A stretch of DNA of 64,000 nt from Octopus vulgaris (taxonomy: Eukaryota). The stretch spans positions 25,854,001 to 25,918,000 of the forward strand of contig OX597827.1 in the NCBI GenBank assembly GCA_951406725.2. The letters run 5' to 3'. The notes below the pieces were generated by a model. It was given only the letters and a program-made list of their open reading frames with translations. It ran no database searches and was not told the origin of the DNA. Position numbers and translations under genes: made by a program. This document shows positions 41,773-56,078 of the stretch, in pieces (within the stretch, counting starts at the first letter, position 1; every line of letters starts with the position of its first letter).

Positions 41773-42080
41773 TGAGGCTATAGTAGAAGGCACTCGACTA
41801 TAGTGCAACTGAACACGGAGCCATGTGGTGGGGAAAAAACCGAAAATCTCTTACTACGGAGACACGCCTGCGCCTATAATCATGTGATATATTTTAAGAT
41901 TCTCTTTGTTACTATTGTAGAACTTGTTAGTATCAATAGTTGGAGATTGCGAAGCGAAAGCGTGATTGTAGGAAGATCTGGTGTGACGTATTTTCTATTG
42001 GTTGGCTATGTTGAAGCTCCGATATGACGCAAAATAATAGCAGTTAATTGCCTAACAGCAATAATAATATTACTAAGGAT

Positions 42081-42381
42081 TTGTTGTTCCTTCTCGAACC
42101 ACGCCTGGCTCATAAGGGCCGGTTTCCCGGTTTCCTTGGCGTTTAGGTACCCCACCTGGACGGGACGCCGGTCCGTCGCAGGTGGGCTGCAAGATGCAGG
42201 AAGAAAGAGTGAGAGAAAGTTGTAGCGAAAGAGTCATCAGAAATTCGCCATTACCTTCTGCTGGAGCCGCGTGGAGCTTAGGTGGTTTGCTCATAAATAC
42301 ACAGATCGCCCGGTCCGAGATTCGAAACGCGATCCCTCGATCTCGAGTCCGTTGCTCTACTCACTAAGCCATGTACCTCCT
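42081..42381 (-). mobile_element. SINE family C (ctgcgacggaccggcgtcccgtccagg tail)
   Basis: tRNA-like head at 42381 and a pyrimidine-rich body shared with the 26016 and 42801 copies. Confidence 0.8.
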
Positions 42382-42800
42382 CACTAAGGATTTAGCTATC
42401 ATATTTTTAAACAAAGTAAATACTGATTAATAAATAATTTTAAAACAAATGGTTCTGTGTTCAGTCACACTGCGTTGCACCATAGTCGCGTGCCTTTTCC
42501 AATAACCCCAGGAAGTAAACATTTTCAGCAGTTTCTTCATCACCGTTATTTACAGCAATTTAAAATCATTTTATAATATTGAACTGTAAATTAATGATTT
42601 AAAAAAAACAGGTTGTTTTAACATCAAAATCGATTTTATGCCTGCAACCGATCAATTGAAAAACACGCATTCGCTTCACTTTCGCAAAAAAACATGATAT
42701 TACACATACAAACACAAATCGTAATTGCTATTGTTTACACACATGTGTGGATATATGTGCGTGTGTGTGTTTTAAATTGGTTATATTATATTATATTCGT

Positions 42801-43176
42801 GGCACTCCATCGGTTACGACGACGAGGGTTCCAGTTGATCCGATCAATGGAACAGCCTGCTCATGAAATTAACGTGCAAGCGGCTGAGCACTCCACATAC
42901 ACGTATGCCCTTAATGTAGTCCTCGGGGGGATTCAGCGTGACACAGGGTATGACAAGGCTGGCCCTTTGAAATACATGTACAACAGAAACAGAAAGAAAG
43001 AATTAGAGAAAGTTGTGGTGAAAGGGTACGTCAGGGTTCACCACCATCCCCTGCCGGAGCCTCGTGGAACTTAAGGTATTTTTGCTCAATAAACACTCAT
43101 CACCCGGTCTCGGAATCAAAACCGCGATCCTACGACGGTGAGTCCGCTGCCCTAACCACTGGGCTGTTGCGCCTCC
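42801..43176 (-). mobile_element. SINE family C (longer tail ending gtcgtaaccgatggagtgcc)
   Basis: Head homologous to the 26319 copy. Confidence 0.85.
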
Positions 43177-43789
43177 TATATTATATTATATTATAATTAT
43201 GTGGATGTACATGGCCTAGTTCCTCGGTGGCACCAAATCCTCTTCCGGTAGGAATCTTACATCCCGAGGTAGAATTAAGCTTATTTCAGTGTAGAAGAGA
43301 GCCAAAACCACTATCTAATTTTCCAGTTGGGCATTTAGGCTCCATTTTAACAAATGCTGGTCATTAAATATAATCTTAATATAGAAACTGAACAAACTCG
43401 AAGGAGATATTCGTTGCTTATCATATCCCACATTAAGAGAAACGAATTCAAAGTGTATGCGGAAGCTGATGTAACTACATCAATATATATAACCGATATA
43501 ACTGAAGCATTACTAAACGTTCATTTCAGCTAAAAAGGACATAGCTGTGTTAAGGAGCTACTAGTTCTTATGTTGAACAAATCTCCTGACACACATCAGA
43601 GTTACTCACAACAGTGTAAAAAATCACACCAACATCTTACAACACGAATCAACACATGGGACAATATTGCTGTATGTACAGCAAAAGCCCACTCGCAACG
43701 ACAAACACACATATGTAGGTATGCGTGGGTGAACGATCGAGTGTGAGTCAGTGTTTGCAAATATATATATATATGTGAGTGTGTGTGTT

Positions 43790-43858
<69 letters not shown>

Positions 43859-43859
43859 G

Positions 43860-45000
43860 TTGAATGAATTATCCTAGTATGGATAATTCGGTTAACCGAT
43901 ACCCGGGTAGCAAATTCACGTCAGAAAACACGGCTGAAGCTACATGCCAAGGGCAGAGATCACGTGCTTTCGTGTGTCTTCTTCTACATCGGGGCGACTA
44001 TTCTAAATTATGCCAGAGGATTTCCAAACATTATTCAACTTTCCGAAATAAGAGAAAACAACAAAGCACAGGACTAAGTAAATTAGTTTGGCGTCTTAAG
44101 GACAGCAATATAACTTTCAAGCTGGAATGGTCCATATTGTCTGTATCCTTTCCGTTTGATAAGGGCAGAAAATTTTATGGCGCCTGTAATTCCGAGCTTT
44201 TCCATATACTTTTCGCCAAATTCCCTTGGTAAACACAATGGTACAAAAATCCTATAGGTACATGCACTGGCAGAAACACACCTTCCACTCATATGAATGA
44301 TGATTAATATAGATAACCTCCTTCAATTTAATAATTTGGTTCCACTTCTACAACACCACCATAGACAAATTTTTATACTCTGTTTCATGAAGGACTACTA
44401 CCAAATTATTTGGGATATGTTTTACCTTTGTTTCTCTACCTCTCCCTCTCCCTCTCTCCTTCTCTCTATCGTAAGCACAATCAAACACACAGATACAAAC
44501 CTGTCACTTCGCCACTAGTTGTATTTGGCATCTATCCCCCCACACACACAATCACGCACACACATACACACACATAAACACGAATGCAGTTATATACATA
44601 CACACACATAGGCACTCAATCTCATTAGCAAAAGCAAACAACAACACATCACCATACATACGACTTGCACCCTGTCACCTTCGTATTCTTAGAACTCTCC
44701 CCTTCCAACCTTTTTTGAACTCTTGAACTTTCTAGAATCTCTCTCCATTCAACCATTTTTGACGTCACTGCTTATAACGGAATATTTTAAAGAAACACTC
44801 ATTATCACTATGGACTCCGTGTGGACAGTCATCTAAAAGTTTTTGTTCGTCATGATGCTGACATAAGTTCCTTGTCTTTCCTGATGGGAAGGCGGCATAA
44901 TGCACCCTTATTCCTTCGTAATTATGAATATGCTGTCTTCGAAACATATGTCGAGAATAAAGGAATTTTGTTAAATCATCGTTCGACTCCATTCTTTCAT
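43860..45000 (+). mobile_element. Penelope-like (Naiad-type) 3' fragment: GIY-YIG C-terminus plus pLTR
   Basis: HYSTFRNKRKQQSTGLSKLVWRLKDSNITFKLEWSIL...FY.AC.SE, followed by a hammerhead motif at 44870-44962. Confidence 0.7.
44870..44962 (+). ncRNA. minimal type-I hammerhead ribozyme (A9->G variant)
   Basis: TTTC CTGATGG GAAGGCGGCATA...TATGCTGTCTTC GAAA C ATAT G TC GAGA: 12-bp helix II (two G-U pairs), palindromic ACATATGT helix III, GUC cleavage triplet. Confidence 0.7.
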
Positions 45001-45223
45001 TTATTTATATATATATATATATATATAGATAGATAGATAGATAGATATATATATACATATATATATACACATTTTTTCTCTCCTTGTTTTTTCTGTGTCC
45101 CTTTCTGTAGAAAAGCGTAGGCTCGAAACGTAAAATACTTTTTCTATTCCTGAACGTTATACGAATACATCTGTTTGTTTTGTACACCACTTGTCTTCGT
45201 CTTTTGTTTTTTTCGTAAACTCT

Positions 45224-45269
<46 letters not shown>

Positions 45270-45509
45270 GCATATGTAATAAGTTATCCCATAAATAATG
45301 CGTTTTGTTATACTTCTTTCATTTTTCAATGTTAAGATAAACAAATTTCTTTTTGAATCTAAAATATACTCTCCTTCATTTTCTACAAGACTCTTCTGTC
45401 TATCTGGTAGATTTGCAAGGCCTCCTCTTCAAAAAATCCACCTGTTCTCCCTCGTCTACAGAATTCATATTTTTTCCGTACTACGGAATAAATTATAATC
45501 TGATGTTGC

Positions 45510-46340
45510 AATATCCGACGAATATGGTGGGTGGGGCATCGGTTCCTATTCAAACTGCCCCAGGCTTTGGAATGTCATCCTGAATGTATTCGGCCGAGCA
45601 TTATCCTGATGGAAGATAACCTTTCGTCTTGAAACCAAAGATGGTCGATTTCCTTCTGGCGCTGACTTAAGCCACTCAAGCTGCTCGTAGTAGATCTCCT
45701 TTGTTATCATTTGGTTTAGGTTTAAAAGTTCAAAGTTGAGTAAACTTTTCATATCCCACCACACAGATAACAACAACTTACATGTGTGAAGAACTTCTTT
45801 GGCCAGGGGTACCGGTGTTTCTCCTTTCCCTACCCACTGTCTTCGGCACTTGAGATTTTTGTAGAGAATCCATTTCTTATCACCAGTCACTATTCAGTCT
45901 AGAAAAGGTTCATTTGTGAGACATTACAGCAAAGAAGTGCACACATTCACTCTCTGCGCGCGAGTGGATACAGAAAGTTTGTGAGGAACCCATTGAGCAA
46001 ATGTGCTGAGTTTTCCGACGTCACGCAGGCGTCGATGAATGGTTGACTGACCAACTCCAAGCTTCTCTGCTAGTTCTTCAACAGTTATGATGGGATTTTG
46101 TTCCAGCAGATTTTGCAGGACGTTCTCGTCAATCTCTACAGATCTTCCAGGACAAGACTCGTGTTCTACACTGTAGTTTCCGGCTCGGAATTTCTGGAAG
46201 CACCATTGACTCTAGCTTAGGCTTATTGTCTGATCCATATATACTGCATTAATATTCCTCGTACTTTCAAATAAGATATCGCCTTTATTGGACTCGTAAA
46301 GCAAAATATACCGAATATATTCCTTTGTCACTTCTATTAT
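45510..46340 (-). mobile_element. mariner (Mos1-like) transposase fragment
   Basis: VTGDKKWILY...LLSVWWDMK...VIFHQDNARPNT; upstream WFQKFRAGNYSVE..SCPGRS and WVPH motifs. Confidence 0.88.
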
Positions 46341-46355
46341 AGTTTTGAAAATATG

Positions 46356-46393
<38 letters not shown>

Positions 46394-46514
46394 TAGGTAT
46401 ACACACACACACATATATATATATATGTGTGTGTGTACATATATACATACATATATATATATATATATACATGCATATATATACATATATATAAGTGCAC
46501 ACAGACACACACAC

Positions 46515-46570
<56 letters not shown>

Positions 46571-47473
46571 CTTAGCATACATATGCTTTTCTCTATTTTT
46601 ATATATGCGTATCCATACGTGTACACATATGATTACGTGTGCTTCAACCCAAAATAAGAAGGAAAGTAATAAATTTCTGAAAGAAAAAACAAAACAAAAA
46701 ACAGTAGGATCTTGCAGCTAATATTAATCCATGATTTCATTTCATTTACTATCTACAATATATCCCCTGGAATTGAAATAACATTAAAAGACTACAACGG
46801 TATGTCAAGGATATTTCAACGATGTCAGTTTAGTACATTTGTGATCCATTAGGAAAAACATATTGATTTTAGGTGAAAATTTTGTTTATGTTAACTGCAA
46901 GCCTATCGTTTGAGTACGACAGTGTAGCGTGTTGAGTTTGGGTTTATTGAGTGCATCCAATACTACGTACGAGTTATTGTGCATGCGTTCAGGTAGAGTG
47001 TTTATCCTCTCCATCTAAATTAATTGTTGAAAGTGTATCCACTAGAGTTGATTATACAAGTTTTCAAACAATTATATTCGATCTCTCTCTCTCTCTCTCT
47101 CACTCTCTCTGAAATGCAAGTTTTCACTTTGTTCCCTTAGTTTGTTAGTTTTTCTTCTTTAAGGCATAAATTATGTTCACATTTTAAAAGAAAAACATGC
47201 TTTCCTAGGCTTCTAAAAAATAACTGCCACCCATGGATTAAGTTGAATCAGTTATTCCTCATAATCGCCGTAATCATCATCGTCATGTTATATATATATT
47301 GACAATATTAAAAATGAGGATTACTCCGAAGTAGCAACAGCATTACCTTTAATTCTATAATTATGCTGTGCCTTTTTATGACCAACACATGTTTCAGTTG
47401 CACTGATTTATATTTGACAAATGTAAATTTCCTCATGTGCAAGTTTCTCAATACTTGCTTCAGTCTGAATTTA

Positions 47474-48300
47474 TTATATTACACTTAGATTTGAAAATCC
47501 TGTAAAATTTTTCTCAACATAGAACTCTATTAGTTCCCAGTCTGTATGGTTTCGCAGTACAAAATAATTCCAATTTAATCGTGTAGTCCTTGTAATTTTT
47601 TTTAGGTTACAATAATTTTTCACATAACAGAATTCCCGTTTAGAACAATTGCAAAGATAATCTTTTATATTTCCGTCGGATTTAGTCTCAGTTTGATCAT
47701 TGATTGTAGAATTAAATTCAGTTCCACCAAGTTCTCTATTACTATTTATTCCTTTAGATAATGTTATCGTTCTTCTATTTCTAGCAGAACTTTTATTCAA
47801 TTTGACGTTAATATGCCTTGAATTTATTATTTATTCTGATTGTAATCGCTTGTTTGAAATTTCGATATTATATTAATATTATGTGTTGCTATAATTTGTG
47901 CAATATTACATCTAAGATAACACAATCTAATCTTATGTCTCTCCTTGGAAAGCATTTTTGAATTGCCATATTAAACAGTTTGGAAAAATTGTAATTGACC
48001 TGTTCAACAAATGGAACAATTAACCATAATGTATTTTTCGAGTTAAGATAATAATTTTGATGTTTATACCCATTTTTCGAAGGAGGAAGTAGTCTATGAT
48101 TACGATCCACTTTAAAGTTAGCGTTTATTTTACTTTTATTTTTATCTTTGAATCTTTTAACCGATTTTATATTAAAAGAATCTGAGAGTTTATTAGAGAA
48201 TCAACAATGTTACGATTTTTCCTTTTGTTACAAATATAATTATTCACCTTCTTATTCTCACTATTAAAATCACCTTCTCCTGTTATTTTATCAACTTGTA
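47474..48300 (-). pseudogene. Penelope-like (Naiad-type) linker / Zn-knuckle fragment
   Basis: WLIVPF..VNYNFSKLF..AIQKCFP...LHKL and CNCSKREFCYVKNYC (CNC..C...C motif preceding the GIY-YIG domain). Confidence 0.55.
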
Positions 48301-48379
48301 TATTTGATTTTAAATCTCAATTACTATATATATAAGACTACAACGGTATGTCAAGGATATTACTATATATATAAGCAGT

Positions 48380-49110
48380 TTCGTCTATAGTACTAGATTT
48401 TAGGTCTGCAATATCAAAATTACTATATTTACTATTTTTATTGGGGACAGACAAGTGTAGCACTAACTATATAGGAGAGAAAATTATGGCACCTAGACAG
48501 AAAACCACACTATATAAGGAAGATATCCGTTTACCACAGTACAGATAGATTTCTTTGAGTGAATACATAGAGAGATATGCAGATAATATCTAAACAAACT
48601 TCACAGTTTTCCCCATCTACCAAAACAAAGAAACAATTTCTGTAGAAGAACGTTTAAATAAAGAAAATTTATTTATCAAAAAATACAGAACACTCCTAAA
48701 TATGAACGAATAACCAACTATATATACTGGTCTTAGTATATATTTTAATTCATGTTTACATACATATCACTGTAAATATTTCTTCTTGCTACTTTAGCTT
48801 TTGAGATTTTGCATATTTAATTAACCCTCCCTCCAAAATGAGTAATTACCTTGCCTGTCGCGAATAAAAACGATCACCAATTGCCTCCTCTTAGATTTTT
48901 CTACCTATTCACTTATTTCATTTACAAACCCCTATAGACAATACGGACTAAACTTTTCTTAAGAAAATATGAAAGTACAATAATTTCAATGTCATGATTC
49001 TCTAAAGTGAAACCGGTTGACAAACACAATACACTTTCACTTATAAAATATATTCTAAAATGTATTAAAACTATGTAAACGGTGTACGTTTTTCTTCTTT
49101 TATTATTAAT
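48380..49110 (+). mobile_element. Penelope-like 3' fragment (GIY-YIG plus decayed pLTR)
   Basis: KCSTNYIGE...IRLPQYR*ISLSEYI...FTVFPIYQ...RLNKENLFIKKYRTLLN is homologous to the 56330-56600 endonuclease; GAAACCGGTT occurs at ~49009. Confidence 0.7.
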
Positions 49111-49242
49111 GTATATTGCATAACAACTCACCACGTGGGAATAATCGAAATTCTTCGCTTCCCTTTTTCTTTCTTTCTATCTATCTATCTATCTTTCTCT
49201 GTCTGTCTGTCTGTCTCTCTCTATATATACACACACATATAT

Positions 49243-49297
<55 letters not shown>

Positions 49298-49300
49298 TAA

Positions 49301-49371
<71 letters not shown>

Positions 49372-49372
49372 C

Positions 49373-49427
<55 letters not shown>

Positions 49428-49633
49428 CATACATACATACATATATAAAGGTACGATCCAGGGGTCGAGGTGTAGGAAGTTAGTGAGCTTCAAGAGAGGC
49501 AGAAATCGCCCGAAACTAGGACTGCTCTGCTGGTTCCGTCACTAGAAGTTGGTAGGACTTCGCTCTCCTGATCGCAATTTCTTGGAAGAAGCTAGAAGAG
49601 ATGTATTCTTGGGGCTAAACAATATATATACAC

Positions 49634-49785
49634 GACGGTCTTCTCTCAGTTTCCGTCTACCAAATACTCTCAAGTCTTTGGTCAACTCGAGGCTATAGTA
49701 GAAGACACTCGCCCAAGGTGCCACGCAGTAGGACTGAACCCAAAACCAAGTTGTTGAGAACAAATTTCTTACCACACAGCCACGC
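49634..49785 (-). mobile_element. SINE family A 5' half
   Basis: Homologous to 5295-5458. Confidence 0.8.
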
Positions 49786-50355
49786 TTTCATCCATGTTCA
49801 CTCGTATTATTTTGGCAAATTTCAATTTTTTTTACCTATTCTATTCTTTGATACCTAGCTATTTTCGCTTTCGTGTAATTAAATTCAACTGTCTTTTGTT
49901 TTTTTTAATTATTTCTCGTTATAGTTATAAAGACAAGCAGTTGGTTATTTTTGTCTTATATAAATCGGCCTACTTTGATTAGCTTCTACAATTTTTTCCG
50001 GATTAACTATTAACTTTGTAAATTTTCTTTTCGTAATACTAATTTCAGCATCTAATTTTCATTTAATAGTTTGTGGTTTACATGATTGCGTTATTTTTTA
50101 ATCACAGATTTACTATTTACAGGATACTTGTAATTAGTGAAAAGGTGGAACAAAATATGCGAGTGGAGCTAGAGAGTGGTAAAAGAGAAATGCTTAAAAA
50201 GAGATTCCAGAAAACTTATATTATTATAGTCGAAGGCGTTGGACTGTGCTGAGAAATTTGTTTGCCAACTCCGGGTTCACTTTCTTTGTTTGGCCCCTAG
50301 GCGGCCAAGGTTTTTTGAGTAAGTTAGATAGGCGGAAACTGAAAGAAGCCGATCA

Positions 50356-50387
<32 letters not shown>

Positions 50388-50699
50388 ACAAAGAAGTTTG
50401 AAAACGCCACTATATAAGATTAATTTTAATTTTCCTAGAAATTTAACATATTTCGGTTCTTCTTAAAAAAACGAACCTTATCAAAAATATTTTTAAAAGT
50501 TAAGTGTAATAAAGAAGTTCATAATTGTTTCTTTCTAATCTCAACAGAGTTCACGTGGTGGAGTTTTGTGGTGGGGGATAGCATAATGGCTGTTTTGTGT
50601 GTTGACTAAATTCGTTGGCTGTAATTGGGGAAATGACCAGCGGCCGAAATAGCAGTAGTAGCAGTGATTGTTGGTCGTAGTAGTAGTATATACATGTAT

Positions 50700-50826
<127 letters not shown>

Positions 50827-50839
50827 AAAGAAGATAATA

Positions 50840-51311
50840 GAGGAAAAGTAACAGTAAGAGATTGGTCGTTTGCGCTAGTAAGCCATTAATTTAATTAATT
50901 AATAAAGAAATGTGGTAGTAATAGTACATTTACGATCGTTTCTGTTTACCAGTTGTGGTGGTAGACATCATCAGAATTTAGAGTCATATGTAGAGATAAG
51001 AAGAGTGAAAGAATAGGAATACATTGCTAACGAGAATAAAGAATGGTGAGTCTTACATTAATCTAGATTACTTACTTGATCATTGTGCTGCGAAGAAATC
51101 TACTATAATGTAAGACTCACTGCTCTTGGTCTTTATTCTCGTTACCAATGTATCCCTATGCCTTTTGCTCTTCTTACCTCTACATTGGACTCTGCATTCT
51201 GACGATGTCTACAACTACGTCGTAAATGTCCGATTGCTACAACTATCTTTTATTAACTAAATTTATGGCTTACTAACACAAACGACCAACTTCTTCCTGT
51301 TATTTTTCCTC
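50840..51311. repeat. fold-back (inverted) pLTR pair, ~220-bp arms
   Basis: 50840-51070 is the reverse complement of 51097-51311 (e.g. ttggtcgtttg..agtaagccat / atggcttact..caaacgaccaa; gtgagtcttacatta / taatgtaagactcac). Confidence 0.85.
50927..50978 (-). ncRNA. minimal type-I hammerhead ribozyme, intact core
   Basis: ATT CTGATGA TGTCTACCA CCACAAC TGGTAAACA GAAA C GATC G TA AAT: canonical core, 8/9-bp helix II, palindromic ACGATCGT helix III, GUA triplet. Confidence 0.78.
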
Positions 51312-51360
51312 CATTTTCTTCTTCCATATAATTTAAACTATGGTTTACCTGCTGAATTAC

Positions 51361-51460
<100 letters not shown>

Positions 51461-52177
51461 CTCTCTCTATATATATATATATATATACACATATATTCTT
51501 TTATTCTTTCCTTTTTCTATCAGCCCCTTTACACTTACTTCGTTCTTCCCACTCCTCTTTTTTTCGTTCCCCCTCTCTCACATTTCCTGTCTTTCTCTTC
51601 ATTCTCACCTGCCCTCCACTTTCACTTCACTCTGTCCCTTTTATTTTTCCTCGTCCCTCCCTAAATCTTCTATCCCTCTGCCTCTACTTCTTTCTCATCT
51701 CTCTCCACGTGACCGAAGTTCGACCAAGCCTGACCTTTCTTTTTGGTTCGACTACCATCCCTTATGTCCCTGCCGTAAGGCTTCTCTTCCACACACACCA
51801 GCTGAATTGAATTCATCTTTAGTCGAAAGACACCTGTTGTTAATGTTAATGTCCTTTATTTGCATTTGTATTTGTGTACCATTTCTCCATTTTATTCCGT
51901 CTTTGTATTCGTATACATTCGCTGCTTTCTTCCAAGGAATATAGTGCTCTTAGCTTAGTTTTCCTTGGGGCTGGCCAGAATGGAGCAATCTCGAGTATAA
52001 CCAGCCGAAATTACAAAAATAATCTGGAACTCGACTGAAGAAAGAAAACTCCGACCGTCCTTGTATTTTTGTATCGTCTGTCTGGATGTTTCGTTGTCCC
52101 ATTTTGTATCCTTTAACTGTCTGGATGTTTTGCGTTCTTGTCTCATTTTTCGTATTCCTTTATATATATATATATGT

Positions 52178-53025
52178 AGCAATGAAAAAATGGAAAGGAT
52201 CAAGAGGTGGTATTCATCAACTTTTAGACATTATATTATGTTTATTCATTTATTTAAAAAACAATTATGCAGTTCTACATTATATATTTTAATAATTACT
52301 TGAATTTTATATATGTAAAGCATATGTTATACACAAACCCCACCTCTGCCCTCACCCTCTGACTACCCACATACCCCAACTCTACCCCAAACCTCAGTTG
52401 AACTTACACCCCACCCGTGCTTTCCCCACTCTCGCCTCCCCATCTCCCAAAAATATCACACCACACCTCACTACACCATACAACCTTACACTTCACATCA
52501 CAATACACCACCCACACACCAGCACTGACCAATTCCCATCCCCACATTTTCACACCAACACATACATACACGCACACGTCCAGACCACCAGCCCTTTTTC
52601 ACACGCACATACCTACTCTCTTATACACACACGCATCTTCATGTTGAGAGTCATCTTTACTTTGTTATCTCCCCTACTTCTTCGCTCTCCTGTGTGACCC
52701 TTCTCTCCGGTAGTCGCCATGATAGATCGGTAGTCACTGCACACATTTTTGTTCTCTCCTTGTTTCTCTACTTGTTTTTTCTGTGTCCCTTTTTGTAGAA
52801 GAGTGTAGGCTCGACACGTAAAAGACTCTTTCAATTCCTGAGCGTTATACTAATACATCTGTTTGCTTTGTACACACCTGTCTTCGTCTTTTGTTTTTTT
52901 CGTAAGCTCTCTCTCTATACATCTATGTATATTGTTATAATTGTAATTTTTAAAAATAAATGAATAGATATAATTTTCAAAAATTGATGAATACCACCTC
53001 TTGACCACCTCTGTTTATTTATTGC
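52178..53025. repeat. ~90-bp inverted repeat pair (52178-52270 / 52938-53025)
   Basis: tcaagaggtggtattcatcaa..tattcatttattt versus aaataaatgaata..ttgatgaataccacctcttga. Confidence 0.75.
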
Positions 53026-53189
53026 AATTTATTACATACAGTCATGTAACTGCCACGCAATAAAAAAAAACACTTATGTATTAATATTTGGGTATTCTAC
53101 CAGAAGTATATTTGATAGATATTATACCTTAGTTGATTGGATTTACAACCTCTAACCCTCTAAGAATTATATATATACAACCCAAACAG

Positions 53190-53347
53190 CCCAACCTCCC
53201 AGCCTGGCTCGTTCCCCTGCTCCTGCTCACACTGCCGCACTTGCCCTTACCTCTCAACACCACCCTCTTCACCGGCACCCATCATCGACCCTATCACATC
53301 ACCGACTCCTTCACCTGCACGTCTACCAATGTCATCTACTGCATCTC
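53190..53347 (+). pseudogene. Penelope-like Zn-knuckle / GIY-YIG N-terminal fragment
   Basis: QPGSFPCSCSHCRTCPYL...YHITDSFTCTSTNVIYCIS. Confidence 0.75.
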
Positions 53348-53506
53348 CCTTCCAAGCACTGCTATAAACAGCGGAAGAGAGCTAGAACGTTAAAAGCTAG
53401 TACGCATGCACAAAGGAGGTTAAGTTCAATCGTTGACATGCGACTTTACATGCTTTAGCCTCGTTACTATACCAACAGTCCGAATACTTTTTGATCTGAC
53501 CACTTA
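53348..53506 (+). mobile_element. solo long TIR of the 230-1460 mariner family
   Basis: ccttccaagcactgctataaacagc..gagctagaacgttaaaa..tacttttgatctgaccac matches the TIRs at 230-423 and 1268-1460. Confidence 0.8.
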
Positions 53507-53574
53507 AAAATGTATAAGAAAGATGGGACGTTTGCTATCTCTTCGAAGTTGCCATAGAACCAGGGCGTTTTGTT

Positions 53575-54065
53575 TTTTATCTGCACAATGTCTCCAATAT
53601 CAAGCAGTTTGGTATGCTGTCAAAAACATTTCGGTAATCTACGTTTAAAATCTTCAGATGTTTCTCTTTCATATGCCTCTCTTCATTCAATACTTCCTTT
53701 CTCCCTAAAACAATAACCGATCTATACACCAAAATATCGCTTTTACCATAACATTTCTGCCATATCGATAGGATGCCATTACATTCAATTGAACAAGCAG
53801 CCATTTAGAACAACACATATTTCTATGTATTGTTGTAAATGGATTGTTGGTTTCCGGTTTCGAAAGTTCTCATATTTGTGGTTTGGGGAATGCTTAGTAA
53901 GAACACGGATCATGATTCTGATCGCGGATGTAATTCCTTGAATGTTTTCGCTAAACTTTCCTGTAATAATGGAGGAATTATTCTAACTAGAAACATGAGA
54001 TATTATCAATTCCTTTAACCATTTCATAGCGAAATCTCTTGGCCACAGATATTTGTAAAACATCA
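53575..54065 (-). pseudogene. R4/Dong-type LINE RT fragment, very degenerate
   Basis: VDYRNVFDSIPNCLILETL corresponds to IDYRKAFDSIPHSWILETL. Confidence 0.55.
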
Positions 54066-54784
54066 GTCGAGTAATCGACTGATGGTCTGGCGTGAAATCG
54101 ATTTAAACATACACATACATACATAGATACACACATACATACATGAATACATGAATACATGAGTACATACATGCATATATACATAAAAACATACATACAT
54201 ACATACAAATACATAAATACATACATATATATATATATATATGTATATACACACACAGACACACATACGCACACAACCACCAATACACACAACCATCAAC
54301 ACACACGCATACATATACACATATATGTATGTATACATATATGTGTGCATGTATATAAGTATTTATATATATATATATATATAGATAGATAGATAAATAG
54401 ATAGATAAATAGATAGATAGATAGACATATTGATAGATAGATAGATAGATATACATGTTAACTTTTAATGTATATATATATATATATATATATATAGTTT
54501 TATGTATGCTTGTATATGGCTGCATGTGGAGGCATTTGTGTGTATACATTGATGCAAATATATACCACATGTACTACATAAAGCAATAAAAGTCGAGCAG
54601 CTGTTAAGAAAGCGAAATTCATATGTTAGATTAATTAGCGTTGTCTTCAATAAATTATTCGTAAAATACTGTAAGTCTTCTTATCAAATAAGGTTATTAC
54701 ATGCGTAAAGGTTGGCAGCAGTTTTGTTTGATCGGTCATATTGATGATGATGATGAGGAGGAGGAGGATGCCGACGATGATGAC

Positions 54785-54837
<53 letters not shown>

Positions 54838-55264
54838 GGATGATGATGATGACGATGTTATAAGAGTTTGCATTTCCTGGCAATCATTGCAGATAGCAAG
54901 GTGTCCCAAAGTTACGAGTGTATAATCGGGCGCCAGATTATGTTTGCCTGAATTTCATGAAAGCAGAAAATGCCGCATTTAAAGGGTTAGGAGAATATCC
55001 GTGCGTAATTAATTCTCTTCCCTCCTACTTTAATTCTCTTTTCTGTTCTCACACTTTCTGTCTCTTCGCTATTTTAAAATCTGTCATATTTATTTCAGCA
55101 ACAATCACAGCATGGTCCATTGTTGTCAGAGACTGGCGCGTCAGAGGAGAAGCAATTAATTTGAGTAAAGTTCCTCGCTGTGTGTTCATCAGTATACTAC
55201 GCAGCGCAGCCGAATCTGATAGGTAGATGGGTAGATGTATGGACACATAGACAAAGAGACAGGC

Positions 55265-55316
<52 letters not shown>

Positions 55317-55395
55317 GGATAGGTAGGTAGATAGATAAACAATGGATAGATACCTACACACATACACAAACACACGCACATATATATGTAGATGA

Positions 55396-55449
<54 letters not shown>

Positions 55450-55469
55450 GGATGGAAGGATGAATGTAT

Positions 55470-56010
55470 ATATATACTAAAATAATTTTATAAAGAACAT
55501 TTCAGTATCGGTTTCGGGTCATTTCAGACCTTTTCAACTGTAACAATTAAAAAATCAAATTTAGAAAAATTAAAAGCAAAGTTTTGTTAAAAGAATATTT
55601 GTATAGTGTTCAAATGTAAGTGGTATTTTCCTTGTTTCTGCCTTTCTCTGTCTCTCTTGTTTACTCTTGTGGGTTCAAGGTCCATGAGAATTCTTGGTAG
55701 GGGCGAAGAAGAATAAGGAAGAGGAGGAGGGGGGAGAAGGGGAGGAAGAATTTGGGATTGCCTTGATTGTCGTTGGTCAGTGGTTGCTAGCAGTTCCTGC
55801 TGTTCAATTCATGAAAATATTTCTATTGAAAGGTTTGTTTATTATAGAAAATGCGTAGGTGTCATACTAAAAAGCATTAGTGATAAAGTGAGGAAGAAGA
55901 GGGGGGAGAAGAAGAAAAAGAAGATGAAGATGATAATGACGATGCCGATGATGATAATGATGATGATGATGATGAAGAAGAGGAAGAAGGAGAAGATGAA
56001 AATGACGATA

Positions 56011-56078
<68 letters not shown>

